From Asterionella formosa (taxonomy: Eukaryota): a stretch of 35,309 nt of DNA. The translations under genes were made by a program, and so were the position numbers. A model generated the notes under the pieces. That model worked only from the letters and a program-made list of their open reading frames with translations. It had not been told where the DNA came from and did no database searches. Below are positions 22,401 to 32,864 of the stretch, piece by piece (the stretch's first letter is position 1; each line of letters opens with the position of its first letter). The stretch is taken from contig NKIB01000094.1 of assembly GCA_002256025.1 (NCBI GenBank), positions 1 through 35,309 on the forward strand, in the 5' to 3' direction.

Positions 22401-25400
22401 GTGATGTTAACCATTGCCCCTTTAACAGTGACCACGCTGTCCTCCACTGTGTTGTTGTGGAAGGAACAAGAAACAAACGCGACGAATACCCCTACCTTTG
22501 TTTCTTCAATCATGCGGCCCCCATTAGTTACTTTATTACTCCCCATTTCTGAAATAGAAGAATTTTTTGTAGAATTGTCGATACTAGTGGAAGGTTGCGT
22601 TGGTCGCACGTGGGATTCGATGGATTCAATTACAATGACATCTGACCCAACAGCGTCGCGAAAATCGCAGTCTGAAAACAAAACGGAAAATGGGGCAGAT
22701 CCCTGAACAAGTACAGCCTGCCCACTCGCACCAACGAATGTTAATCCGCGCAACTGAACATTCGTCAATTTTCCGCTTATAATGATTTGATTTTCGCCGC
22801 CAATAAAACTACATCCGTTCAATCTTGACCCATCTCTGCCGCACAAAATAGTGACATTATTTGATTTGATTTGAAGAACAGGCAGCACAGTGGATCTGTT
22901 GCCTAAATCAAACACGCTTCCTGGACAAATCTCGAACACTCCTCCTTGGTTATTGGAAGATACCGCTGTGGCAAAATCTGAATAGTTGAAGAAACAGGTG
23001 GTGTGGTTTTCGGCAGTCCTGGGAGCAATGTCGACTGAGGAATTACAAAACCGAGAATTGAAAACAATGCATTTTTTTGAGTCAAGACTGAGGTCGACAC
23101 ACGAGCCTGGATCGACTGTGTTACCAAATGCATAGTTTTCTGTATTCTGACGAAGAAAGGAGCTCGCGTCGACGTAGAGCGTTGCTATTTCCCCTGTGTT
23201 TCCAAGAAAACAAGAAGACAACAAATTTAGCTTTCCTTTGAACAAGGCCGCGACAACTCCAACCTGTCCAGAGTTACCCATGAATATAGTATCGTTCACA
23301 GACAGAGATCCGCCAATACCAAGAATCGTAGCAAGGGTCACGTTGTTATCTTGAAAAAGACATGAGTCGACGTCAAGTTCTATACCCTGATTGGTTGGTG
23401 CTTTAAGCTCTATGACACTCGTGAACTCCGATACTGAGAAACTAATTCTTGCATTCACAATCACAGCCAGACCTTGATGTTCCAGAAAGCTGCAGTAGCG
23501 GAAGAATACTTGAGCTGCAGGATTCCCTTCTGCGCTGATCGCAGTGCGCCTGGATCCAACGAAAGTAATGCCCTTGAATTCGACTCCAATCGACGATCCA
23601 GTGATACGAATTTGCTCGTCGCCTCCTGAAATTACGCAGTTATTGTCACGGTCTCCTGAATCTCCACATTTTAACACAGTTCTACTTTCTGAAACATTCA
23701 ATGGAGCGTGATTGTCTACTACTGTTGAATCCAAATCGAAAATAGTACCTGGACAGATTATGAAAACCGCACCTTCGGGAAGAACTTGAGATATTTCTGA
23801 CTGAAGGAGGTTCCAGCTATTAATACAGTTGTCCATGTTGCACTTGTCAAGTTCCTCACAGTATCCAGTACAAGCATGTTGGTTTGGGACAGAACAATTG
23901 GCATCTGCAATTTTGAACAACACACCATCACATATCTGACCAGTTGGTTTTGTTGACTTGCGTGTCTTGCTTTCAAAGACACACGATCCATTTTTGTTGA
24001 TTTTCGATTCTGCACTTAAAGTTGCGAGACCTAGTGATGCATTGAATACATTATTTTCGAATCGAGACATCGAAATATAGGCTTTTCCGTCAGTAGATGT
24101 AACAAGCGTTGTATGAGCTATATTCTGTAGGAATAAGCAATTTGAGATATTTAAAGAGGCACCGCGCTGGACCAAAACAACATTTTTCACATTACTGAGT
24201 ATGAAGGAACATTGTTCGAAAGTCACACTCGCGGATTCTTGCACACTTCTCCTGCCTTGATTGGAAGCTGTATAATTGTTACTTGTTTTGCTTGTATTAT
24301 GACTCACGCTTTCAATACCACTCAACAAAATAGCTGCTTCTCCTGTATTGGCATCCCAGGTACAGTTTCGAAAGATAATCTTCGTTTGATCCGACGAATT
24401 GCACTGCATGATGACTGAAGCTCGACTTGACCGTCGAAAAGTGACGCCCTCAACAACTAAGTTAATGTTTGAAAGGACGATGATGTGCGATTCTCCTCCT
24501 TCCCAATCGCAATTTCTATCGCCACACGTGATAAATGTTGTACCCGTTATGTTTGAATGAAATTCTAGTTGCCCTGAAAAATTAGTATTTGGACAAAGTA
24601 CAAATTCGCTAGTCATACCAGCAGCAAGATCAGATAATAGTGATTGAGAGTCAACGTATCCCAATATTGATTTGTTGGAAGGACATGGATTAGCCAATGT
24701 TATTCGTGTAGGTACAGGTAAAACCGATGGTGGATTTGAAGGAATATTATCACCCGAAGGTTGACCTGTTTTGGTTGGCGATTCGCTTCCTTCGTTGTTA
24801 TTTGATGTATCGTCGCTTTCCAAGGAAGGTACTTGGTAGCTATATTTTGAAGGTCCTAAAGTGAGCGAAGGAGTACCTGTACGGGTAGGTATCATTAATG
24901 CTACTGGAGATTGCAGTGGAGCCAGTGACGCGTGATCATCATTTGTGATCTCAGATGTTGGATCATCGGAGCCTGATTGATCGCTAGTTACGCCCGGCTT
25001 TAAAGTTAGACCCTGTCTACTTGGCATTCGAGAGCCGGGCGACATTTCCGGTGCAATGCTTGTGTGCAAATACATTACTGTAGGCAAGCTTGATGGTACC
25101 ATCGTAGAAGATGTTGGGGCAGTTGAAGAAGCTTTTGTGGGTGCTCGAGGGCAAACATCCAACGAGTAACAAAATAAATCACATTTCGGTTCTGTACAAT
25201 TTCCAAGGCGAGCTACAATTCCATTGCAAGTATCACTATCATCACCACAGTTTCCCTTATTGATTGCCAATTCAGCATCCAATCCCAATACAAGTGGTGC
25301 CCGCCCAGTCAAGACGACATTGTTTCTCAGCTCTGAATTGGTGACTAGCAGTGTGCCTCCCAGGGATCCTACCAAGTCATCATTCACCTCATTCCCAGAA

Positions 25401-26122
25401 AATATTGTCTCCGTGACAGTTAAAACTCCCGAAGATTGGATAATTATGGAACGATCGACTGTATTGCCTTGAAAACTGCATCCATGGATGTCGACCTTAA
25501 GGTTGGACTCTTTTTTCCTTCGGACTTGAACCATTCGATTGCCTAAAAAGTCATGCGTAGTTGAGATGTTTCCAGCGCCCATAGAAGGTGCGTCGTACAC
25601 GACGGGATCTATGCTGATCGCAGATGTACCAGTGATTCCGTTCCAAACACAGCCTTTGAATGTTATGGCAGTACTCCCGTTTGGGGTCCCGGTATAGATG
25701 GATATTGATGTTTGAGATGATTTGGCAAAGACAATGCCTGAAAATTCGACGAATGTAATGTTCTCGCCATCCAAAATGATTTGCTCACGACCACCCTGGA
25801 TGGTGCAGGGGTAAGTGCCGACACATTCCATCTTCATGTTCCTCGTTATTCTCAAGGTGTCCTGTTCTCCCAGCGTCACGAGTGAGCAAAGGAGAATTAC
25901 TTCTTTCCCACTGCTGATAGCCTTCTGCAGTTCGACATGTTTGGAAAACGAGCCCTTAGGACATCCTGGCTCTGCCCCGCCAACAAGGGTCATGAACAAG
26001 ATGAACAAGGTGAGCCATACCGACATGACAGATGAAGTTCGAAGCCTTCTCATTGAAAGTCTTTTGGGCACTATCGGTGTTGAATCACTTTCTCTTTGTT
26101 GTATGTATCCTGGTACCTTCAA
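19448..26122 (-). CDS. Giant type-I membrane protein with 6 Cys-rich beta-helix-like modules (2224 aa, apparently intronless); paralog of 10907-15785
   Basis: 6.7-kb open frame. Hydrophobic signal MSVWLTLFILFMTLVGGA (the real start may be ATG 26053 or 26026). Six copies of C..W..L...I...lCP...CG..G....C.I.GG..Q..I.G....F.GITF...F..C.F..N.G. It also has a S/T/P linker, a TM segment LVVGISISIVLCIGAMAAFMVL-RAKK and a ~250-aa acidic tail. Confidence 0.92.
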   Translation of the reverse strand: MKVPGYIQQRESDSTPIVPKRLSMRRLRTSSVMSVWLTLFILFMTLVGGAEPGCPKGSFSKHVELQKAISSGKEVILLCSLVTLGEQDTLRITRNMKMECVGTYPCTIQGGREQIILDGENITFVEFSGIVFAKSSQTSISIYTGTPNGSTAITFKGCVWNGITGTSAISIDPVVYDAPSMGAGNISTTHDFLGNRMVQVRRKKESNLKVDIHGCSFQGNTVDRSIIIQSSGVLTVTETIFSGNEVNDDLVGSLGGTLLVTNSELRNNVVLTGRAPLVLGLDAELAINKGNCGDDSDTCNGIVARLGNCTEPKCDLFCYSLDVCPRAPTKASSTAPTSSTMVPSSLPTVMYLHTSIAPEMSPGSRMPSRQGLTLKPGVTSDQSGSDDPTSEITNDDHASLAPLQSPVALMIPTRTGTPSLTLGPSKYSYQVPSLESDDTSNNNEGSESPTKTGQPSGDNIPSNPPSVLPVPTRITLANPCPSNKSILGYVDSQSLLSDLAAGMTSEFVLCPNTNFSGQLEFHSNITGTTFITCGDRNCDWEGGESHIIVLSNINLVVEGVTFRRSSRASVIMQCNSSDQTKIIFRNCTWDANTGEAAILLSGIESVSHNTSKTSNNYTASNQGRRSVQESASVTFEQCSFILSNVKNVVLVQRGASLNISNCLFLQNIAHTTLVTSTDGKAYISMSRFENNVFNASLGLATLSAESKINKNGSCVFESKTRKSTKPTGQICDGVLFKIADANCSVPNQHACTGYCEELDKCNMDNCINSWNLLQSEISQVLPEGAVFIICPGTIFDLDSTVVDNHAPLNVSESRTVLKCGDSGDRDNNCVISGGDEQIRITGSSIGVEFKGITFVGSRRTAISAEGNPAAQVFFRYCSFLEHQGLAVIVNARISFSVSEFTSVIELKAPTNQGIELDVDSCLFQDNNVTLATILGIGGSLSVNDTIFMGNSGQVGVVAALFKGKLNLLSSCFLGNTGEIATLYVDASSFLRQNTENYAFGNTVDPGSCVDLSLDSKKCIVFNSRFCNSSVDIAPRTAENHTTCFFNYSDFATAVSSNNQGGVFEICPGSVFDLGNRSTVLPVLQIKSNNVTILCGRDGSRLNGCSFIGGENQIIISGKLTNVQLRGLTFVGASGQAVLVQGSAPFSVLFSDCDFRDAVGSDVIVIESIESHVRPTQPSTSIDNSTKNSSISEMGSNKVTNGGRMIEETKVGVFVAFVSCSFHNNTVEDSVVTVKGAMVNITIAAFESNHVGGSLVYIKERGQLLLRATCFTNNTFSGPRGLVSIDAESTVDMLQNFGSENLGSSGKGKDICKAVVKGATGECIGFDLHECQGESRLGCIADWEILAETVVTMRRMQRGSILTLCEDTTVFPGEFNAIEIDISDIVIRCGSSGNRLNRCSISGGSTQFKISGSPIGVVFQGITFLSSSIAAIDASGDRNAILSIIDCAFAYNSGFAAISVYGGDIRSLKSPGTRRRLAVDNSISPTGSMTINVQQCYFEKNRVIFAPLAVLGGVANVGETGFFGNTGNASGVGVWFEGSINISLSCFTGNHTPILVTEGSNIDSAGSFYGIVDSDAGCGGALVGDKCNEFSAASCPIKGKLVLPPVKGCYDDWVDLDEAIQQATSNRRKTVNLVVCENTLFDLDSYDDSVSPIVVSEQIADGNLSISCGKGSSENGNCSVSGGRGHFKIKSTRGHVVFDGFTFFNASVASIQAAGKQAALVTFQSCRWIENRGSTVIIVYNEVIAGSVYTEKDFTNLAPPKDLSMHVRLDNCNISSNNASFSIVLNLGGTLDISETVISKNHMTRVGAIGIFYSASFGISDSCLSGNAAIYPGIIFVDRTSNVTFFRKTFGNQNTVSIGNCDSIFLERPCIDGGDCAGGCLEFDARTCESDNDLGTLAPKSAPNQFPSSTPSMEVVAEPNQPNTNGSAVETQDEKSLNTQLVVGISISIVLCIGAMAAFMVLRAKKNSACGDAGTHDRLKLGYLSNIDETRPLEFGQFEEKFFDEHDEEHEVKGGFFPLFGFDQQQHVRSGDEGRYKSFIAEQEMTTDTRLGDYTDQMEMGKTHYHQVGKQSRRPFAPQKEMATNSVFSNENAVFEVEREADSKKFNDALDTKRRSSIAGLSWDQKEYGNSIPSLNESRIETSIEQKAEAHSSIDLASEVDFRSELAILPPKFTIQPDNDVLKMEDPLVVPSGGYVEGSTQSRGDASPSPEIAKVGQNAPVGTYG

Positions 26123-26591
26123 TGTGACAACCCTCCCAATTAGGTACCAGGTACCATTTGCATTGTATCATATCACTTACTAGATATTTTGGCCTTGATA
26201 GTGGATGTGACATGGCTGACAATTTCGGGATATACAAGACAAACATAATTTGGAGTAATGTTTTATTTTTGTACTATGAAATAGATTTTGACAAAATGAA
26301 CTCAAACAACGACGCCGCAAACGTACAAAATATACCGGTATAAATATTTTAATTTGTTACATATATCACATATGACATGACCCGAAGAAATTCGTCCAAA
26401 TCGCGCTGTTAAATGTCTTTTCGGCGGCAATTTTTTTTAAAGTAAAATCATGATGCCATCTGAAATGAACGGCTATGTAAATATGTCGAGTCCACATCGA
26501 TATTATGACCATCAGCATGTAAAAAAATACCGGTGGACAAAAACTACATAAAAATTTATACATGAATTTACCCTTATATATTGGTATACCG

Positions 26592-26741
26592 GGACTTTTC
26601 CCAAAAAGAGAAAACTATTCGTAAATTCAACTGCCCATTGGCGCATTATTCGTAAATTCAACTGCCCATTGGCATTTGCGCCAATGGGCAGTTGAATTTA
26701 CGAATAGTTTTCTCTCTTTCAACCCTGTTTGGGAAAAGTCC
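26592..26741. repeat. Foldback / inverted-repeat structure (MITE-like remnant)
   Basis: Perfect 39-bp inverted repeat at 26607-26645 / 26677-26715, with an outer 14-bp inverted pair at 26592-26605 / 26728-26741. The spacer is a direct copy of part of the left arm (TATTCGTAAATTCAACTGCCCATTGGC). Confidence 0.9.
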
Positions 26742-27369
26742 TACTGGTATTATTCAACAGTGTCAAACAAGGCAGAAAATCGAGGAGAGTGGGAAATCCA
26801 GTCCACCTGCAGAGCAACAGGTACATCAGGTGGGCATGTACCCATCACACCAACACCACTATGCAATAGCAATTCCTTCAAGGGCACACATCAAAGCAGA
26901 TTAGATATTCACATTAGAAAGCCTGACTTGGAGACACAAACAACATGGGGAGACAATTGGAAACAGTCAGCCCTACTAGCTAGTACAACATTGCACACGT
27001 ATTTTCAGAACATTAAGGGACTGCATCTTCAGAGAACACAATTGGACATTAAAAAATATAATTTGGAAACAATGCAAAATATGGGGGTGGGATTATTTGG
27101 ATTGGCAGAAACATACACAAATTGCCTTGACGTGTCCACACAAATTGAATACAGAGAGGCGGTGTTGAAAGCCCTGATGGTTGCAAAAAGTACTTCCTCC
27201 ACAAGTGCTATCCACTCAGCGTCAAACTACAAACCAGGTGGCGCACACCATCAGCATTGTCGGTAAATGGTGTAGTCATTTGGAAAAGAGTCAGGAATGG
27301 ATTCAATGGGAATGGGAAGATGGAGCTATCAGATTTTGAAAGGAAGAAACGGAATAGGAATAACCATAA

Positions 27370-27912
27370 ATAATTACCGGTACCAAGAAACTGGTAAGCA
27401 GCCTCCCTCACCATGGAGAGCGATGTATATTTACAGTTACACCATCAAATAAGTCCGTTTCAGCGCCAAAGCGGGTACACAGTATACAACATGCTACAAG
27501 CAGATGAAAGGAGCACAGGAATTGACAAGAAACACATGGAGATAGACCAAAATGACCGAGATCCACCCAACAGCATCAGTAAATTGAGTAAGGCTATTGA
27601 CGATGTCCACGCATCCAAATCAGATCTAGACACTAAGACAGTACTTAAACCAATCAAGGAATCCGGGAGAGTAACCTAGAACACAAACAACAGACAACAC
27701 CCAGGTTACAGACCCATGTATGCAAACAGCGGTATCTCAACACCAGGAACTGATCATAGATGACCCGATTTTTTTACCAAACTCCTACACGAGGGAGTGA
27801 CCACCACCATCCAACCTCCACCGCCCAAACTTTTCAGGGCCATGGAGCGCAATGAATAGAATCCTGTAGCAAGGCTAGTACTAATGCGCTATAAAAATTA
27901 TTTACAAACAAC
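27370..27912 (+). mobile_element. Nested 5'-truncated LINE 3' end (543 bp) with 14-bp target-site duplication
   Basis: Flanked by AGGAATAACCATAA (27356-27369) and AGGAATAATCATAA (27913-27926). Removing it restores GRWSYQILKGRNGIGI(I/T)IITACRVSQ in frame. It ends with the same conserved 3' motif as the host LINE, plus ACAAACAAC. Confidence 0.85.
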
Positions 27913-30900
27913 AGGAATAATCATAATCACAGCCTGTAGGGTATCGCAAACATCAATGCCTCCTCAACATGGAAAGAGCACCACATTTCACCAAGAATAT
28001 GTGATGATGTCCAAAGCGGGAGTTAAGCAGCTGTTCAAGGCAAAGCATCCAAAACTGCACGAAAGGAAACAAAACGGTTGAAACAATCATTCAGGCAGAA
28101 ACTCAAGGGAAGTTTTTAAACGGCTAAAGCAGATATTCAATCCTTGACAAGGAGCCCTATGATCAAAGGTACATGTCCCAATCTATGACAGTGCTGGAAT
28201 TGTCACTTCATGGAAACCAGAATTTGAATCCAATGCTCTCAAAAACGCACTATTGTAACATTGCCAAGAAAGGTAAGATAGAAAAGCCTCATGTGCGCAG
28301 TTTGGTCATGGACCTACATGAGACCTACTGGGCTTATTTAATGGGATGACAGAAGCAGCAGACCAGATACTAGAGGGTAAGTTGTTTCAAAATCTCGATG
28401 ATGCATGTTCCCCAGAAGTAATACAATTGACAGCAGCAATGGTGGTACCGGATGAGCTTACAAGGACAACCGCAAATGAACATGGAAATCACTGAGGATG
28501 ATTTTAGGAAGGGAATAAAAGAATGGAAAGAAACAACATCTACGTCACCAAGCAACCAACACCTTGGCCACTACAAAGTGGCGCTCCAGGACTTAGAACT
28601 CACTCAAGGCTATCCAAAAATGATCAACATACTAGTAAAAAGAATGTTCTCTCCATCAAGATGGTGAAACACAACCTCAGTAATGATAGAAAAGGACAAA
28701 GGCAATCCCAAGATCACCAGACTTCGTATAAAACACGACCTCTTCGAGGCTGACTACAATTTTTACCTCAAACTCGTATGGGGATGCCGCATGGTGGGAT
28801 GGGCAGAGGATCACGGAAGTCTTGGAGAAGACATGCAGGGATCACGGAAAAACAGAGGCACAATGGAGATGTTACTCAAAAAAACAATGAGCTTCGATTT
28901 GTGCCATTAACAACAAACAAACATGGCCCTTTTTCGACAACGACGCTGCGAGCTGCCTGGTGCTATGACTGAATCCTAGTAAACTTGGCCATGATCGGCG
29001 CAAGAAGGTTGGGAGTTTCATCAGAAGTGGTATTTGCACACTCAGACACACTTCGACTGGTGAAATATACTGTGAAAACTGGACCTCTGCAGGGCATTAT
29101 AGCAGCACTGCCACCGAGCCTTTAGCAGGCACACCAGGCCAAGCAAGGAAGTGGGGCATCTCCAGCGCTTTGGCTTTCCATAGGTGCAGTGCAGCACTGC
29201 TGTTGGCCTACAAAACACATGCACCAAAGGGAATCATATTCGCTGACCCAACAGAAACTATCTCATCCACGCAATACACTGATGCATTTGTCGACAACAC
29301 AAGTATTAGTTTCAATGATCCGAACAACCTCATGGATGTTACTTCTCTGATTCAGACGCTCGTGGAATGCGCCCAATTGTGGTAAAACTTACAATTCTCC
29401 ACAGGTGGTGCTCTGAGCTCTCCAGATGCTACTATCAGATTCTACACTGGCACTTGGAATTCTTAGGATACCGTCAGCTAACCACATTGAAGCAACATCC
29501 AACTGACCCAGAAGAGTAAAGGGCATCAACAAACGCATTCAAGAGCTTCAAACTGATCTCAGGGAGGGAGACACACCACACTAAGATCCATCACAAAGCA
29601 CCCCACATAAGCTCAAAATCACTTGGGGTTATGTCATGTCCTCTTGGGAACTGGGAAGGTGAATTCAGAAGACTGAAAAAAGCAATATTGATCATGCTAC
29701 AAAACCATGTCACATCAATTGCGAAGTATGGCTTCGCATCAGGCTCACCGAACCCTAGCTATGGGGTAGCCAAATGGCTTACTCTCTGCCAGCAATCATG
29801 GGAATGAAGACTAAACAATTAGAGACAACTCAGAGGAAGGCGCAAAGGGCAAGTTTGGGAAAGATGGGTTTTAATAAAAAATTCCCGCAGGCAGTGGTTT
29901 ATGTTCCCTCAACAGGAGTGGGGGCACTTAATCTAGTTTGACCTCACAATTGAACAAGGAACAAGAGCCTATTTCACCAATATGCGCAAGACGAAATATC
30001 GAAGTTGATGGATATTTCATTAAGGTTCATCCAGCTCGAGTTTAGCAGGGATGATGACTTTCTCCTCCATCCGAAGATTCATACTATTGGCTATACCACA
30101 TCAGGATGGGCCACTCAGCTAGTAAGGAACTTCATGGGAATGCACAATCTCTTCATAGAATGTGCAAGAAGATAGCAGCCTAGGACACAATGTATACATG
30201 ACAAGATGATCATGTCTCTCTTCCTCAACAAAGCAAGGCATATAAGATTACCTTGTTCTGTTTCATCTTAATGCATGAAGGATGTATCTCCAAGTCACCT
30301 CACTGGCAGATATAGTAACTGCAGATGGCCGCTCCCCCCTTCTTCGCCCAGAAATAGTGGAGTGCACTTGCATTGCACAACAATTGCATTGCACAACAAA
30401 GCTCCTCACCATGGACCTGTCCAAAACAATCAAAACCAACGCACCAACAACAAGACAACTGGAAAGAGGCAATTACTAACCACCTACTCACTCAAGGATC
30501 CAAAAAGCAGGCCCACCTCAGGCTCCGTCAACCATTAGGGAAGTGGATAAGCACTCCTACTATCCACTGGCAATATTTTTTGATCAAAAGAAAAAAGATT
30601 CTGGAAACTTCAGGAGGTGGACACAACATTATGGACAGCATAGCTACTATGAAAATGAACCAGTAATCGGAGCTCCAAGATTTAACTTATCAGAACGAGG
30701 CACTCCATCAAAGGTGTGACCGCCACCAATAGATCATTGCATTCCATGTGATGTTGGTCCTTGGGGATCAATTACTTTTACGTCCTGTGTCATAACGGCA
30801 AAACGAGAGCCACCAGACCCTAAAACCTTCAGGGAACATGTTAAAGGATTGGACACCCACAAACAACCACTACTTAGAAATCGCAGTCTTAAAAATATGA

Positions 30901-31288
30901 TGGAGGCCAGACTTTGCCGCCATCTTACACTTGGATTACCATGCAAAATTTCGACTGATGGCTCAATGCAGCAGGACAAAAGAAGCTCCTTCACATGTAC
31001 AATGCGGCTGAAACGCACAAACACACTAATCTCCGAAAAATGCGCACAGTGCTCCGGTCCAGTTGATGGCGACCTCGCCCAAAACAGTTCCAACAGGGCT
31101 GAACTCTTTGGGCTGGCTTCAACAATGCTTTTTATCCAGGAGTTTATTGCATTTCATAGCATATCAGCCAGTTCCATCGCTTAGTACATATGGAGCGACA
31201 GTGCGGCAACTAGTATTGCAAGATTTGATTTCATCTGCTCATGGAGCAAGCATCCAGGAAGAGGGGGGGGGGGGGGCGGGCGGGGGGG

Positions 31289-31298
31289 NNNNNNNNNN
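31289..31298. other. Assembly gap (10 N) between poly-G and poly-C tracts
   Basis: Run of n flanked by a G homopolymer on the left and a C homopolymer on the right. Confidence 0.98.
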
Positions 31299-32864
31299 CC
31301 CCCCCCCACCAGCAAACGCTGAAATCGTTTCAATCCTCGCAGATATGTCCAAGTAATTGTACATAGAAATGAAGATACACTGGATCAAAGCCCATCAAGC
31401 AAGACGATGTCGCTACAACACAGAGTTCGACCTCCACTGCATCGATGCGATAAATGTTCAGGCAGACAGCCTCGTTTCCCAATATCTGCAAATACAACCA
31501 ACCACAGCTGCAGGCGGTCCAAGAAGGGCATCTAGACATTTCCCCACAAAGTATGCAAGTTTACTCATTGCAGACAGGGGAATCCAAAGTTTCATCAGTG
31601 CGAAAATCCTCTCGCACATTAAAGGCCATCAGTAGTACAGGACACTTTACAGGAGGAAACACAAGATTTACCATACTGCAGAATCATACTAAATAGACTG
31701 GCACAGTCTGAAATCAGCCGTAAAAAACAAACTATAGGAATAAAAAACAATGATACCAAGTACATACATGGCTGGTTACCCACAGGCACCAGAAGGATAC
31801 TTATTCACAATGGCGAGGTGGACTCATGCCCACAATGTGGGTGCCAAGCAACAAATGAACACATCGTCACATGCGGAAGCTGCGGAAGTCCCAAGGGAAG
31901 ATATACAATGGGAATCAGGTTGTCGGGCCTGACAAATGCTGTCACGCCAATATGGTCAGACTACATAAGGCATTTGACGTCACAAAATGAAACGGCTTTC
32001 ACACCACGCTTTGTCCCTTTTACTTCGGAAAAAACAATACAGATCATCTATAAATCCCTTAAACATCAGGGAGCATCATTGGGTAAGTAATTCACTCTGC
32101 GAGGGTACTTGGTAAAGATTTGGACCAAGGTGGCAAATAGTTCCGATGTTGACGACAAAATGGTCTCAGGAAAATCACATGAGTCATGAGCACCATCAGC
32201 TATCTCAAATCTATGGATAGTAGTGCACAGATCAGGGACAGACAGAAACGAAATTCTTAATTGCAACAGCAACCTAAGCGTAGCACAATCCCATCTCGAT
32301 TGGAAAATTAAACATTACTACAAGCATCAAGACGAAATATGCAGACGAGATTCCCATCTCTTCTCAATCGCATCATTACAGGATCTCTTCAAATCCGGAC
32401 TGAAACAAAAAAACAGGTTTTTGGAAAGACCTAAATACTTTTTTCACGCATCCAAACAACTATAACAAAAGGGACAGGAATTGCTATACAGGCATTTCTC
32501 CAACAAGACACAAGAGATAAGAACACAGACACCATTACTACTGCAAACAATCCACACTATGAATCCAATTCCCAAACTGACATGAACAACTCAGCTACAT
32601 GTATCGTAGGAACAATGACCGCAGATACAGAGTTTTTTACCAATACTCCTATTCAAGGGAGTGACCACCAACACATCTTCTGCCGCCCCACCTCACTATG
32701 GGCCACGGAGCGCAACAAAGCCAAATCTGGGAATAGGCTAGGTAAACAGCGATATAAAAATGATTGACATGTATAAATATATATCATATATACAATGGTA
32801 TATTAAAAAAGCCATCAAACATGGCACCATCCTCATTGTCAAGACTAGACTGGCGTAGGATATA

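Larger units (their letters stand above)
26760..32770 (+). mobile_element. Degenerate Ambal-like non-LTR retrotransposon (APE endonuclease - RT - RNase H - CCHC finger - 3' UTR); ORF1 not seen
   Basis: Motifs appear in order across many stops and frameshifts. APE: WGD, YFQNIKG, FGLAET, YKPGG, GMGRWSY, IITACRVSQ. RT: WKETTSTSPS.QHLGHYK, MIEKDKGNPKITRLR, LFEADYN, QGSR, NDAASC..YD, GSGASPALW, AFVDNT, TGGAL. RNase H: STDGS, GPVDG..SSNRAELFG, HWIKAHQ, NVQAD. C-terminus: IHGWLPTG, CPQCG..NEHIVTC. The 5' boundary is approximate. Confidence 0.9.

Noticed and set aside
19448..26122. Bacterial autotransporter / chlamydial Pmp origin for the giant ORF
   Set aside because: It has a single TM helix and cytoplasmic tail rather than a C-terminal beta-barrel, and its paralog has spliceosomal introns; only the repeat periodicity is similar.
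10893..26183. Many short plus-strand ORFs antisense to the membrane-protein genes (e.g. 10893-11315, 21900-22379, 25815-26183)
   Set aside because: Shadow ORFs of long coding sequences, with no recognisable motifs.
26607..26715. CRISPR-like repeats
   Set aside because: Only two direct copies plus one inverted copy, no unique spacers, no cas genes, and a eukaryotic context.
31262..31309. Poly-G/poly-C as a G-quadruplex or hairpin element
   Set aside because: Spans an N gap; homopolymer lengths are unreliable and may be assembly artefacts.
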